Positions 1-12,134 of a stretch of DNA of 64,000 nt are shown one piece after another. The notes below the pieces were generated by a model. It was given only the letters and a program-made list of their open reading frames with translations, did no database searches and was not told where the DNA came from. This stretch comes from Lytechinus pictus (lineage: Eukaryota). The position numbers and the translations under genes were made by a program. Position 1 is the first letter of the stretch; each line of letters begins with the position of its first letter. The stretch lies in NCBI RefSeq assembly GCF_037042905.1, contig NC_087245.1, positions 41,170,001 to 41,234,000 of the forward strand. Reading direction: 5' to 3'.

Positions 1-274
1 GACGTAATGAGAAAGAGGAGGTCTTTGGCGGTCTTTGGACCCTCCCCAAAATGCCACGCCCACCATCGGATCACGTACCGGTATACGGTATATATCCGGC
101 GCCGATCAAATAACCGGTATTGATATCAGCTGCAGTAAATTTCCAGAAACGGATGACAACATTCTTTGACTTTCGTCAAAAAATTAACAAAACATACGAA
201 ATTTCTTGTATTTTCAGCAGCTTGAATCATTGAACAGTCAGCTGTGGTCTGGCGGAATCCATTATTTTAAGAAA

Positions 275-773
275 ATGGCAGAAGAAATACCGACTGCAAG
301 CGTTCGTAAGAGAAATTCGTCTGCAGCTGCAACGGAAAATCCCATTTCGTCAGGCTCAGCCTCGTCTTCTTCTCAATCTCAACAAGAACAAGATCAGATT
401 CCCGGAGAAAATCATGAGTTTTTACAACATCACCGGTGTAGCTCGATGGCAGAGTACTATGAAAGACTCAGGAGGTGGATTTTTATGTACAGATCGCATA
501 TGTATATGCAACAACATATGATGTTAATGATGCCATACATGACATTTGCTTCATTTCTCCAACAACAGTCAGCGGGAACGGGAACGACAGCCAGCCAGAC
601 CTCTGGCGGAGTGACGCGCGAGCAACCGCTTAACAATGCTAGACAGCAACAACAGTTGGGAGGTCAAATTCATGGACAAAATCAACAGATACAAAATGAT
701 ATACGAGCAGCCCACGGTGTCCAAAATCAGCAGAATGTAACCCAGGCTGGAAACAATATTCCTCAGATTGCAG
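275..773 (+). CDS. FAM8A1: FAM8A1 exon 1 (start codon; Gln/Met-rich N-terminus)
   Basis: ATG at 275 in aaaATGG context; MAEEIPTAS...EYYERLRRWIF...PQIA; donor CAG|GTAGCT at 773/774, phase 1; joins in frame to the RDD-domain exons downstream. Confidence 0.85.
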
Positions 774-1264
774 GTAGCTATATAGATCTAGATGATTGAT
801 CTAACGTTGTTAATCACTTAATGTTAGATCTATTTTTTCCTAGGCTAGGGCCTAATTAAATTTAAAAACAATTAAAAAACTAAACATAATTTCTAACTCA
901 TGTCTATAGATCTACTATCGGTACCTAGTTTATTAGCATTAACACACACATCCCTGACAGACATTGCCCAAAACTTACCTCAAAATTTTATAAATAGTGA
1001 AAAATAAGGCTTAAATACAGTACAATAGTCAATACGCCAGACGGAGGCCTGTACTTATAGAGAAGAAGAAGAAGAAGAATACTCCATAAAATGTGCTGAA
1101 AAATGCATGTAGGATATTGGTCCATCCCTATATGCTATACTGCATAGGCTAGTGGCTAAAATATGCATTTCAAAGTCTGTATACTGACCTAGACTGTGTG
1201 AGCCTCTGAGACTGAGAGGTGCCATGGAAACGTGTCACATCATTAGTAGTGCCATTAAAGTCTT

Positions 1265-1424
1265 AATAAGAGTGACTTTAATTTAAGAACGATTGGTGGT
1301 CCTTTCTTACATGCTAAATAATAATCAGATAATCGTAAATGTCATTTACATCTACCGCAAGAAAGGATCACCAACTGTTCTTAAAGTCACTCTTAACTTA
1401 TGAACAGCTTTGTGAAACGGCCCC
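1265..1424. mobile_element. Degenerate short palindromic MITE, same family as 5031-5196
   Basis: taagagtgactttaa...agaac versus gttcttaaagtcactcttaacttatgaacagctttgtgaaacggcccc; left end eroded. Confidence 0.65.
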
Positions 1425-2257
1425 CAGATCCTCTGGGCCCCAGGTCCACAATTTTTTTTTTTTTACTGCATCTCAATTTTCATTCTCAGACATCAAGAAA
1501 ATCAAGATCTTGATATTTATTGAACATAATTTGAATTGTATTCTAGATAAGATTCTGAGTTAGATCTTAGTTTAAATTTATGAAGATGTAGGTTTAGACT
1601 TTCGATCTTCATAAATCTAATCCCTGGCCCTGCATCCAATTCTTAAATTTTATTTAAAAAAAGGAGTAGTCTTCTACTATTAAAATAAACCCAGCTGTGG
1701 ATCTAGACCTATTCCTCAAATTTACAAAAAAAGTGGGTAGGGTTGAGAATATCAAAAGAGATATTTGATCTGATCTGAATTTTAAAGATAATTCATTTTA
1801 TTCTTGAAAATTGAATTCATTTTCAGATAAAACAAACACATTCAAGAGGGCTATTGACAGAACCTTCTAAGTAATCATCCCTGCATCTGGACCCTCACCT
1901 GGTGCATGGCCCCCGAAGGGCCGTGCATCGTATACATGTATATGTGTGTGAACTGTGAAAGATATGATTCTAAAATAAAGTTCTGATATTTTAGGAGTCT
2001 GAATTACTGAAAAAGGCTGGCATTATGTTAATTTCCTTTTTCTCCATTAAAAGATGGATTGTGGGAATGGGGTGAAAATTGCAGGATATGAGATAAAACT
2101 AAATGTTTACATATAACATGTATTCCAATTTTCAAGTATCAGTCAATGAAAAATGATATAACAGACATGGTCACTACTGTATGATTTGAATGAAAAATGA
2201 TACTAATCATACTATTATTATTAATAGTTAAGTAAATAATTACATGTATATGATATT

Positions 2258-2810
2258 GACTGGCCTTGAGGGGAACATCAAATATATTGCCCACAAAAAA
2301 AATCATATTGGCCCGAGTCTTTAGACGAGGGCAATATGGCTCTTTTAATGGCAATATATTTTATGTTCCCCGAAAAAAGAGACAGTCAATATTTTTATTA
2401 TCATCTATATCAGACATCTAGAGCAAAAATCCTGAAAATGGAGCTCTGTTTCTTTCAAGAATATGGTTCTTTTGTGTCATGTTTATATCAGGGGCCAGGC
2501 TCTGCACTTTACCATTATGACGTACTTGTAATTATAAGATTGCGTCCCCAGAGACACATCCAATGCCCGAATCCAGTGTTGTCTTTATTATGACGTATTT
2601 TGTTGCTGCGCGGATCATTGTGAAGCGTATCTCTTTCTACGCATCCTCAAATGCCTGGATGTGAGACCAGGGAAAATACGAAGGTACATTTTGTGTTGTC
2701 TCTGCATGCAAACTCAATACACGCATGCATAGAGACTGCGCAAAATAGAAACAGTATACCTATCCTTTCCCGATATTCAGAAAATCTAGGGCAATACGGT
2801 TTTGTAAATA
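2258..2810. repeat. Probable interspersed repeat with internal short hairpin (class unknown)
   Basis: atattggcccgag-tctttagac-gagggcaatat inverted motif inside a larger inverted context (gactggcctt..gggaacat / atgttccccg..gacagtc); similar architecture at ~7190-7340. Confidence 0.35.
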
Positions 2811-2921
2811 ACAAGCTCAGATGTCTGATACGGGTAATAATCAACAGTAGTAAACCTGTACCAAAGCATCGTAGGCAAATTTCTATTAAAGTTGTAAACC
2901 TATTCTTTGATTTCTTTGCAG

Positions 2922-3042
2922 TCTTAGACTTTTCAGTGCCATCAATATATCGGCGTGTCTTTGCAGAGGTGATTGACTTCTTCCTCCTTTTCTCTGCAAA
3001 GTTAGGCTTGATGTTGATCATCATCGACTACCTTGGAATCAG
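2922..3042 (+). CDS. FAM8A1: FAM8A1 exon 2 (start of RDD domain)
   Basis: tttctttgcAG acceptor; VLDFSVPSIYRRVFAEVIDFFLLFSAKLGLMLIIIDYLGI resembles vertebrate FAM8A1 (IPSLAHRFMAEMVDFFILF, from memory); donor AG|GTTAG. Confidence 0.92.
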
Positions 3043-3522
3043 GTTAGAATCAGTTCATTTTAATTTTAAACATTTTTTGGCGTAACGGCCAAAGGCTGAA
3101 AAATGTTTGCAACTTAAAAGGATATAAATATTAAATGAAAAAAAAAAGTACATGTACATACATGTACATGAAGTCACATGGATGGAAAATAATTACTTTT
3201 GATAATTCAAGGAAATATATTGTTAAAAAACAAAAATATACATTGTATCAAAGCGTAAATATAAATTTCACAAATTGTTATCACTAATTCAACTTTCAAG
3301 GCAATATAATAGACTTTAATTAGACACATCTTATAAACTTTAGTGCTTTGAATGAGCAGGATTTATTGACACTTTGAAATTATTGGTTACTTTTATGCCT
3401 CTGCCCAACTTGGTTGCCTTAGGGATATGGCAAATTATCAAAAAAGGAACAATGTATGTTTTTCATGTGATTTGTAGGAAAAAAATACTCTTGACATATG
3501 ACAGAATTAAATGTGTTAATCC

Positions 3523-3780
3523 ATGGTCGTGTGGTCCAGTGGTTTGAATAGATCACTGGACTTATAATCGCAAGGTTGTGAGTCCTAATCCCCACTCTGC
3601 AATTGTCTCCACTTTGATAAAAAGACCCAAGAGTAATATCTGTTGTCTATAAGGTCGGCAAATATGACTGATTAACTAGACGTAATATGCTTTCTAGGTA
3701 ATTGGTCATTACTAGCTTGGCATTTACCGGCAAAAAACGCTGTGCTGCCGAGTTCCTACGGGAGTTATCATAAACAGAAT
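3523..3780 (+). mobile_element. tRNA-derived SINE, degenerate
   Basis: A-box-like TGGTCCAGTGG and B-box-like GAGTCCTAATCC at tRNA spacing, followed by a non-tRNA body. Confidence 0.6.
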
Positions 3781-4800
3781 TACTGTATTATAAAATATTA
3801 TCTGCATCAAAGTTTAAAAAACTAATTTTTATGGTGTTTTTGATTGATTAGGGCAGAGTCGAACCGAGGTGTCCACCAGTGCCTGCCCAATGCTGAGTTC
3901 ACTGGCGTCATTTCCTGTAGACATATCGACCAATGAAATAACAGAGTGCCTAAGAAATTCACAATACTTTTAACAAGTTTTAACTAAATTTCCTCAGAGT
4001 TTAATACAAGATTATTGAGTGGGACCATGGATGTTACCATTCTGGACTTAGAAACTTTTTTTCTTGCTTGAATTTGATATTGGCCCATAACGCTATACTG
4101 TTGCATTCGGGCTGCTATATGTGTTTAAAAAATAAAGCTAACTACCATTCTTCGCTTCTGGCTCCAAGATGTCACTTTAAGTTTAACCCCAGTTGTCCAT
4201 CGAAGTACGATAAGTTTCAAACACACAAAAACGAATATGGCCAGGCAATGCAATTATATCATACATTATGGGCCAACAACTTCAAGCAAGAAAATTGAGA
4301 ATTCCAGCTCAGAAATATAGTTCTAATTGGTTGAAATTGAATATCCTGTGAAAGTTTTGATATGTAGGGCCTAGATAAAGAAATATAGTTCTTAGATTTG
4401 CAAATTTTCAGTCTTTGGTGACACTTGTTTTTTGCTGGTCCACCAGTCTCTACCAAAAATTTATGGCGAGCTATGGTAGAAAGAAAATATGACTCATGCC
4501 TAAAAATAAAGATAAATGATAATAATAGAAATTGATAGTAACAAGTAACAATGATGAGAATGATAATAATTGATTGTAGTGATAATTTTAGTAACAGTGA
4601 TGATAATAATTATGATAGTTATGATAAACATATAAATAACAAAAGTATAAAAATGATAATCATTGTGGTATACTTTAATTTTTTATGAAATTTTTTTGCC
4701 CAGTTATAGACAGGAATCTAAAAAATGAAAATGCAATCAATTAAATCTTAAAATTTAAAATTCAATCATTTATGAAAGCTTTTTATTTTCTTACTCCCAG

Positions 4801-4927
4801 CAGTGATACCACAGGTTTCATGATGCGATTCTTGGTTGAAGAAATTGAAGAGGACACATCGTTGGAAGAACTTCAGCAGATGCTTCTCTTTGCCTTCATC
4901 TATAGAATCATTGTCTGCATTTATGAG
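4801..4927 (+). CDS. FAM8A1: FAM8A1 exon 3
   Basis: ttactcccAG acceptor (tandem CAGCAG); SDTTGFMMRFLVEEIEEDTSLEELQQMLLFAFIYRIIVCIYE matches the FAM8A1 IEEIDEDTSMEDLQKM motif; donor GAG|GTGAAG. Confidence 0.93.
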
Positions 4928-5030
4928 GTGAAGTAGACGTATACTGTATTCCGTAGGTGACCAAAAATATTTTGGCTCAATTTCTTCTAAAAGATAACTA
5001 TTTTGTTTAAAGAAAATTAGTAACTTAGTC

Positions 5031-5196
5031 CTGGTTTTCATAAAGCTGTTGTAAGTTAAGAGCGACTTTAAGAACGACTGGTGATCCTTTCTTGCGGTGA
5101 ATGGTTTATTCATTGGTGATGGTTTAGCGCATAAGAAAAGTTTACCAGTCGTTCTTCAAGACGCTCTTAACTTACGAACAGCTTTATGACATGGCT
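5031..5196. mobile_element. ~165 bp palindromic MITE
   Basis: tcataaagctgtt-gtaagttaagagcg..aagaacgactggt is the reverse complement of accagtcgttctt..cgctcttaacttacgaacagctttatga. Confidence 0.8.
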
Positions 5197-5400
5197 CTCT
5201 GGATTCTAACAAAAAATCACTGATGGGTGTAGTTGCTTAGTCAATCACAATATCAAATTTCTTTGGAAGAATGGTCATGCGATTACATTTTGGGATCATT
5301 ATATAACTGAAAATATCCTGTTCTTGTGATAATGAACTAACTTCGAATGAAAGTTCCATCATAAAATGTCTTTTTTTTCTCTCATTCATTTTTTCGACAG

Positions 5401-5555
5401 ACCTTCTTTTTATGCAGCAGCGTCAATCGGATTCTCGGTGGTGCTACACCAGGCAAGTTCTTCATGCGATTGAGGGTTATCTCGCTGGAGCAGGTCCAGT
5501 CAGCAGGTCCAGGACGGGTCCAGGTCACCTTACCTGACAGTGTTGGTTTTACACA
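5401..5555 (+). CDS. FAM8A1: FAM8A1 exon 4
   Basis: Long polypyrimidine tract + cAG at 5400; TFFLCSSVNRILGGATPGKFFMRLRV contains the RDD GATPGKxxxxLRV motif; donor CA|GTGAGT. Confidence 0.93.
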
Positions 5556-6224
5556 GTGAGTAATGACCATTGGTCAAGCCTGAGGGCGAGGGGAGAAGGG
5601 GTCATCTTCAGGAACAGGTCCAAAGAATTATGCAAATTTTTATATTCATCCGACCTGAAAGGTGACAAATGTATTATGTTTCTAAGTTGTCTGGGGGGGG
5701 TACTCACGAAATTAGGCATACAGGGATGTGCCGCTGGAATGGGTCACTTTTTTGGAAGAAGTCCCTGAACATGGGGTATGGTTTTATGCTGGAAAGTCCC
5801 TAAACATGGCCCCAATTTTTAGATACTGGCCTTAAACATGGGTCCATGGCCCAAATTTTTAGATACTGGCTTAAACATGGGTCCATAACTTCTCCATTTT
5901 TTTTTTTTTTTTTTTTTTTTTTGCTTGTCAATTTTTTTTGGGGGGGATACTTATTCAGGAGTGATCTATTTGCAATTTCTTTACTTCATGATATTGAGCA
6001 AGTATTTTGTCGAATAATGTTTTAAGCCAAAAGTAAAGCCTTTTGTTTTAACTCTATTTCCCATTTCTTTCTCAGTACATAGAGGCTTGAAATAATTTTG
6101 TGACCATACATGTACAATGTAAAGGAATGTCATTATTTTGGATCTTCAGTGTGTGATCCTGTGTTCTGAAATGCAACCATATTTAGTTGTAAACTTTTCT
6201 TATGTGTTCTTTCCAATGCCATAG

Positions 6225-6411
6225 AGCTTTGCTGAGGTCGTTAGTCAAGAACTTTTCCATGGCGTTCTTCTTTCCGGCATGCATCACTGTATTTTTCAAT
6301 CCCCACTTCAGGGCTGCGTATGAAGTGCTGACGAAGACCATGGTTGTCGGCACTGAAAATTGGCCTTTGACCTTCCAACAGAGGGGTCAGATTCAAGGGC
6401 TCATCAGATGA
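6225..6411 (+). CDS. FAM8A1: FAM8A1 exon 5 (stop codon)
   Basis: Acceptor catAG; ALLRSLVKNFSMAFFFPACITVFFNPHFRAAYEVLTKTMVV...stop TGA 6409-6411; the five exons sum to 1089 nt with consistent phases (362 aa). Confidence 0.93.
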
Positions 6412-6449
6412 CATGGTATTACATGTAATTGATATTTGTTTTTTTTTCC

Positions 6450-6605
6450 CAAAATCTCTTGCTCTCTCTCCCCACTCTCTTTCGTCTCTCCCTGTCTCCG
6501 CCTCCTCTCCTTTCCCTCTTCCCTTCTCCTTTCCCTTCCCTCTCTCACCTCCCTCTTCTCTTCCCCCTCCCTCTCTTCCCCCTCCCTACCCCTCTCCCTC
6601 ATTTT
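6450..6605 (+). repeat. Polypyrimidine (CT-rich) low-complexity tract in FAM8A1 3'UTR
   Basis: ~150 bp almost entirely C/T; explains several spurious S/P/L-rich and E/R-rich ORFs. Confidence 0.9.
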
Positions 6606-6625
6606 CCCAACCTCTATGTTGTTGG

Positions 6626-6754
6626 GTCGGTGTGAGAATGCCCTTAACACCACTTTCGCGCATCACATGTATACAAAAGTGCCCTTAGCGGCACCCATCG
6701 GTGCATTGCGTGAGGTGCGCGAAAATGTTTTGCTAAGGACGTTCTTGCACCGAC
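6626..6754. mobile_element. Short degenerate inverted-repeat element (MITE remnant)
   Basis: gtcggtgtgagaatgccctta versus taaggacgttcttgcaccgac, with inner tttcgcgca / tgcgcgaaa. Confidence 0.6.
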
Positions 6755-7631
6755 GCAACAATCCTATGTATTCTCCCCCACATTCTCTGTCATCGACTTT
6801 TTTTTTTTTCTCCTTCTGACATTTCTTTGTATAATCTACTCTAAAAGCTTTTAGTGATTACGATAAATCTAATGATATCTAAATGGTAAGATTTATTGAG
6901 AATACTATGATTACATTCTATTTATGAACAACTTATGGATTGGAGTAAGTTTGCCACTGATTGATTGCATTATTTGTATATAGAGAGTCATTTGAATATG
7001 CAATTGGAATCTATAAGCAAGGTAATTGTGTGTAAGCTGCTAATCCTATGAAGACAATACGTGCATTTTGTTTATACATTAAATGTGCCATTTATGTACG
7101 ATGTATGTTGCAATAGCTTTGGCCATTTAGAATTTGCAAATTAATCAAACACTGAATGGTGGAGATTGTACAGATTTTGCCTACCGAGAATTGGAATATA
7201 TCATTTATTTCCCAGACAGCTTTATTTTTCCCCGAGGGATAATATTTTGCCCAAAGCGCACTACGATGAGGGAAAATATTCCCCAAGGGGAGAATAGCTT
7301 AGGACAGTTAAAATGTTATTCATTAAACATATAGACCAGGGAATATCTGTTGTATTTTATAGTCTATGTAGATTCACCGTCAGAGTCTGCATTGGCTTCA
7401 CGATATACTCGCAACGTTTGCTGCAGCTCTGATTCGTCTACATCATAATAGAAAAACGCAGCTAGCACATGCTTCATGCAATCTATACATTCACACTAGT
7501 GCATACATCAAGAATAAAATATGCAACTTATAGGCAGTGAGTGACGTCACCTCAGCGAATATACCGCCGTCGGTCTGAAATACAACACAACACAGTTATT
7601 TTCACTGAGGCGATGTCAAACTCAAAATATA

Positions 7632-7877
7632 CACTGCAAAAACTCTGGTGTTGATTTAACACCAGCCCAGAATCTATATATGTCCACACCAGAGAAGTAT
7701 TGAAACAACGCCAGTTTGGAATAAAACCGATGCTGTTTTAATACTAATTGGTGTTGTATAAACACCTATCGGGTGTTAAACCAAAACAAAACTGGTCACT
7801 GTTGTTTAACACTTCTCTGGTGTGGACATATACAGATTCCGGGCTGGTGTTAAATCAACACCAGAGTTTTTGCAGTG
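7632..7877. mobile_element. MITE with CACT termini and TA flanks
   Basis: TA|cactgcaaaaactctggtgttgatttaacaccagccc ... gggctggtgttaaatcaacaccagagtttttgcagtg|TA; long near-perfect TIRs. Confidence 0.9.
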
Positions 7878-8617
7878 TATAACCAAAGCAATCGTTGCAG
7901 CTATAGTCATGATGACATATCACTGATTGATTCAAATCTACAGAACCTATGTAAATCATATCATATAGCATTGTTTAATATTGCAGTGCATGGGCATAAT
8001 AGTCTTTATTACATTGTATTATTTTTTCTGATGAATAATCACTTAAGAGGGTCAAGGTGTTATGTTAAACAAGGGACATGATTATAATCACAAACATTAC
8101 ATAAATACAATGTATAAGGAAAACATTTAGGATTACTATAATATTCCTGTGAGAAAGGATGATATTTACTCTTGATGGAAAGGTCTTTGGACTTTCCTTT
8201 TCTAATACTGCTAAGAATTTTGAACAGCAAGCCCGAAGCACGACATAAAATTTCTCATATATTTCAATGAATCCTATGTGCATAGTACAAAAATATGTTT
8301 ATTGGTGAAAGTTGTTGAGCTGACATTGATTCAATTTTTGATGTAATACAATTTTAATTTGGTATAAGTGGGAACAATCGAGTAATCTGTTATTTAAAAA
8401 AATTGTGCTATATTTGTATTGCATCCTGAGTATTAAATCAAGTTTGACGTACAAACCTACTTGTATTATTGAAATGGAGTTGCAGTATGCATTTTCAATG
8501 TCTGGTTTTACATCATTATTTTAGTTTGTGTTTTTACATACCTCATATTATACCTACGTTCAGTTTATATGTAGAGGATTTCTGGCAATCAAGTGTATGT
8601 GTAATTTTTGCATATTA

Positions 8618-8999
8618 TACCCCTTTCATAAACCCAATTATGCAGATAATATCAGCATAATTTAGTCGTAAAATCGGAGCGGGACCAGAGTTATCCGCAT
8701 TATTTCGATGCTTCAATTATCCACATAATAGCGGCATCGGGACCAGATTTTGACTTTATGAACGCATTTCCAAAGTAATGCGGATAATTGCCATGGTGCG
8801 GTCACAAGGTCACCCTTTTCCAACACAACCCCATCGGAGGGGGTGTGTGCAGTTGCCATGACAATTATCCGCCTTTTTCAGGTCGGGCGCTTGTAAAAAA
8901 TAGTGCAGATTATTTCCGGAGTTTGTGAATGCAATTTTTATTAAATTATCCGCATTACTCCTAGGCGGATAATTGGAGGATGGGTTTATGAAAGGGGTA
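8618..8999. mobile_element. PIF/Harbinger-type MITE, copy 1
   Basis: TIR tacccctttcataaaccc / gggtttatgaaaggggta; 3-bp TSD TTA; near-identical copy at 58832-59189. Confidence 0.9.
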
Positions 9000-9695
9000 T
9001 TAGTTGGTAGAGAAGGGGTCGTATGATCTAGTGATCAGTGTTCGAAGCAAAGTGCACTAGAGCCCTGCAGAAGGGCACTAATACACATTTCATTGTCCCT
9101 CTGATAAGATGTAAATCACTTGGTCCTCTGGTTGCTTGCTTTTATAAACCTTGATGCTTTATTTACTGATGGATGAGACTAACACCATTTAAATGATTTA
9201 TGGTATATGTTACATTATGTTCAATTGAGTCACAAGTTCTTTGCCACAATGAATTATATTTCTATGATACATTTTTCAGACCTTTTTGTTGCCTAGATGC
9301 TTTTTTGAACGATCGGCTACTTATTAATGTGAAATTTGTGTTTATTTTAGCAGATATATACATGTGGTTTTGTTTAAAAACAGTTTTCTGCTTACCTTTT
9401 ATTCTTACTCCTCCCCCATCCTCCCCCCCCCCCCTCTCTGTTACCCTCACATTCTCTCCTTCAACCCGGCCTATATACAAAAAAGTATTGTTCTCATTTC
9501 CAATTCTTCAAATGTCTCCCCACCTTAATTGTATGACATTCCTGCATTTAACACATCATTAAAAAGAAAATGTCCTTTAATGAGACACTTAAGTCTTGCA
9601 TGATTCTTCATGTTCCAGTGCATTGCACATCGAGTCTGTGGGCAAATGGAATTAATAGCTTATCTAGCTAAAACGGTACCCAAGGCGAGCATCTG

Positions 9696-9852
9696 GGGCC
9701 CGTTTCATAAAGGATTTGCAACTGTTGTAACTTTGCCATTATGGCAACTACCATGGTAACCTTGATTCTGATTGGCTGCTGAGCCCTGTTGCCATGGTAG
9801 TTGCCATAATGGCAAAGTTACAACAGTTGCAAGTCCTTTATGAAACGAGCCC
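9696..9852. mobile_element. ~157 bp near-perfect palindromic MITE
   Basis: gggcccgtttcataaagga-ttgcaactgttgtaactttgccattatggcaactaccatgg is mirrored on the right; central ctgattggctg. Confidence 0.9.
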
Positions 9853-10099
9853 AAGATGTTTGGGAAATCACTGATGCCTCACCCCTTCCGGCCTTCCAAC
9901 TTGTCAGGCCAGTATTTTTTTGTCATTAGATTACAATTTATGTTTCCTTCTTTTTAAAGTTTTTTAGCCCCCAAATGTTGGGCAATGTGCACTCCCCCCC
10001 CCCCCCCCCCCCGATACACCATTGAAAGGAAGTTACCAAAGAATGATAGCTCGATCTTGTGGGAGAATGAGAAACTTCTTGTTCTTTATGTCAGACCCT

Positions 10100-10267
10100 G
10101 GACCCTGTGATATAAAGGTTAATCTTTTTGGTAACTTCGCCATTAAGTGTTTACTGTCATGAAATCCTTGATTCTTATTGGTTGTTGAGCGTTGTTAATG
10201 GTTATGCGTAGTATCAGTGGATGGCTAAGTTACCATTATAGTAGTAACTTTTTATGGAACGAGGCCC
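10100..10267. mobile_element. Degenerate relative of the 9696 MITE
   Basis: ggtaacttcgccat..aaatccttgattcttattggttg..atggctaagttacc..tttatggaacgaggccc. Confidence 0.55.
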
Positions 10268-11721
10268 TGATGTGTTTGGATGTCGTAGAAAATAGATATT
10301 CTGATAAAACTAAAATATATGTAAGAAGTGTTATAAGAGCGAGCGAGAGACAGAGATAAAGAGAGAGAGAGAGAATTAAGAAGTGAAAGTTTCATGCCAT
10401 GAAACTAAAATAATTTTTGATAAAAAAAATAAAATAAAATTTTGAAGGACAATATTATATAATTTGTAAAAGAAAAGTTGGTGAAAAGATTTTTGTGCAT
10501 CTGATAAACTGAAATAGTCATAATATACAGGTAAATTAGATCATTCTTCTGAAATGACAAATTCACTCAAACACGTCAAGTACAACAAATCCAATGCATA
10601 GTATATATTTAAAACAGGTGAACGATAACACATTTAATTCCATGACAACCTTTACATCGATATAAGTATAAGTATTACATTACAGTGTATCATCCATATT
10701 TACCCAACAGAAACTGTTAAAATGTGAAACCAAAAATAATGCGTTTCCTTTTAAAAATATATTACCCACCCAGCATAGATCATGTACACCTAAAATTCAT
10801 TTTCTCTTAGATTCAAGGCACCGAGGCATTTGAATTCGACCAACATTGTATATTCAGTAACTTGCTTAACACTGAAAGGCACAAAATGGTTGAAAGCCGC
10901 TATATCTATATCCCACATCAGCCTCCGTGTATCAATGCAAGACCCAGTTAATATTATTCTGGGTAAAGTGTTGTATAAAATAGGAAGAGAGGCTACGATC
11001 GTGCTTACCTTTATTCTTGCATAATTTAAACAACTTCAATTCCATCACCATACTTTGAAAAATAGCACACGAATGGAAGGGAATATTAAAAAGCACACAT
11101 TTGAAATAACAATTGTGATCATTTTTCAAAAGCCCACATCTGAATCAAATCATAATTTGAAATAAGGTATATGGTATTTTGAATATTACATTTGGTATCG
11201 GTAAATAAGAAATATATGCTACCATTAAAGCTAGATATGAAATATTCATGGCCATACGCAGACATTTTTTTCAGGGGGGGGGGGCAACTGCCCCCTCCCC
11301 TGCGTATGGTCATATCAATATTCAATCTTAGAAGTAAAGAAAAAAAAATGAAGCCCATTGCACACATGTATTCAGGAAAGTCTTGCTCCTGCAATTCGCA
11401 TATTGAGGTTTTCTTATGCAAATGAACCTCGCATCACTCTTCATGCCACACAGAGAAATTTGAAATGTTATTTGTATTGCCGCTCTCGTCTTTCTGTTCA
11501 CCAATGGGAAAGTGATGTATATATTTTCAAGTATACTAAAAACTTGTGACCAACAAGAGGCGATTAAAAGGATAATGGGGCGAGGGTCAATCTCTACTGA
11601 AACAGACACTGCAAAAAGGAATCCAAGTCTCCAATGAAGATATACACTATGTACAACATTTATTTTTGATCTTGGCGTTAGAAATATGTGGATGTGAGAG
11701 AGGAAGAGGTTTAGGGGTTAA

Positions 11722-12134
11722 GCCCCCATCACACTTATTCCGAATCAAGCAGAATTGACCGGAATGAAAGGACTATTGTTCGACCACCAGTTGCATGGTC
11801 ATTTAAATCTACTTCGAACACCGTTCGAAAATACCCCTCGAATGTTTTGAACATGACCAAAACCTTCGGGACGGCCAAACGAAATGACAAAAATATTTCG
11901 AATGCAGTCAGAATATTTAGAATGTACAAGAATGTAGCAAGAATTGTCAATCTGACTCCATTGCGGTTCATTTTGACTAGTGTATAATGATTCACCTAGT
12001 CGATTTACTGAATTTCAACTCCAGTTTGGTGAATTCATAAGTTCCTTCCAAAAATTTCTAGATTATTTTTTAATATTTTTTTCGTTCTAGCTTCTGCTTG
12101 ATTCCTGCTGACTCCGAATAAGTGTGATGGGGCC
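11722..12134. mobile_element. MITE with TTAA flanks (Harbinger-like TIR)
   Basis: ttaa|gcccccatcacacttattc ... gaataagtgtgatggggcc|ttaa. Confidence 0.8.

Noticed and set aside
206..274. N-terminal extension of FAM8A1 as shown in the ORF track
   Set aside because: Starts at a non-ATG codon (TTG); the first ATG with good context is at 275
6393..6819. Overlapping S/P/L-rich and E/R-rich ORFs
   Set aside because: Products of the CT-rich tract in the FAM8A1 3'UTR
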